A stretch of DNA of 64,000 nucleotides from Tubulanus polymorphus. Its lineage: Eukaryota; Animalia; Nemertea. Where the stretch lies: the NCBI RefSeq assembly GCF_964204645.1, contig NC_134032.1, positions 1,302,001 to 1,366,000 of the forward strand. Reading direction: 5' to 3'. Position numbers and translations under genes: made by a program. Below are positions 63,482-64,000 of the stretch, piece after piece; within the stretch, counting starts at the first letter, position 1; each line of letters opens with the position of its first letter. The notes below the pieces were generated by a model, which saw nothing but the letters and a program-made list of their open reading frames with translations, made no database searches and was not told the DNA's origin.

Positions 63482-63807
63482 CCATGTATGGGTACAGGTA
63501 CCCACACAGGTACATGTATGGGTATTCCACACACATGTACCTGGACACGTGTACGGGCACCTGGGCACGTGTACATATGCATGGGCACATGGACACATGT
63601 ATGGACACGTTTTCATATGTACGGGCACCTGGACACGTGTACGGGCACATGGAAACGTGTATGGGCGCGTGTACGGGCACCTGGACACATGTATGGGCAC
63701 GTTTTCATGTGTACGGGCACATGTACACACGTGTACGGGCACATGTACACACGTGTACGGGCACCTGGTCACATGTACGGGCACATGTACATACGTGTAC
63801 GGGCACC
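63482..63807. repeat. Degenerate acatgt/acgtgtacgggcac low-complexity repeat
   Basis: Repeated acacgtgtacgggcac and acatgtatggg words. Confidence 0.88.
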
Positions 63808-64000
63808 TTTGCTGATGGATCTAGTAAGACCGGTTTAATATAAGTTTTCTACTGCGAGGATTTGATTCGATTATTTCTCGAACACGGATTTAAAATGTAA
63901 TTATCCCGTATAATACGAGATGAATCATCCCCTCCCTCCTCCCTACTCCCCCCTCACCCCCGTCGCCGCCCGCGCGTATAAAACACACATGTGTGCGTTT

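Noticed and set aside
62360-63843. PolyQ/Cys/His-rich ORFs
   Set aside because: CTG-rich and acatgt low-complexity repeats in an intron; no splice-consistent link to the gene.

Overview
Intron-rich invertebrate animal genomic DNA (probably lophotrochozoan; not prokaryotic, no CRISPR, rRNA or functional tRNA seen). Four + strand protein-coding genes were reconstructed by hand from GT-AG junctions and reading-phase continuity: (1) the 3' end of an out-at-first (OAF) homolog (to 265); (2) a complete diacylglycerol kinase theta gene, 20 coding exons, 2479-28935, about 944 aa (3 C1 domains, RA/RRM-like region, catalytic and accessory domains); (3) a complete insulin receptor substrate gene, 9 coding exons, 37420-46840, about 944 aa (PH, PTB, YxxM motifs, C-terminal SHP2-type tyrosines); (4) the first two coding exons of a probable dve/COMPASS (SATB-related) gene (52319 onward). 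Non-coding DNA is full of intron-specific minisatellites, about 10 copies of a TTAA piggyBac-type MITE, several Harbinger-type MITE families with CWG duplications, and tRNA-derived SINEs. Main hidden signals: at least seven minimal type-I hammerhead ribozyme motifs inside palindromic Penelope-like insertions, including a 4 x 70-nt tandem hammerhead array; tandem repeats that have amplified the splice sites of three DGK-theta exons; and a paralogous alternative DGK-theta exon whose read-through gives a kinase-less, hydrophobic-tailed isoform. Most ORFs in the supplied track are artefacts of repeats.
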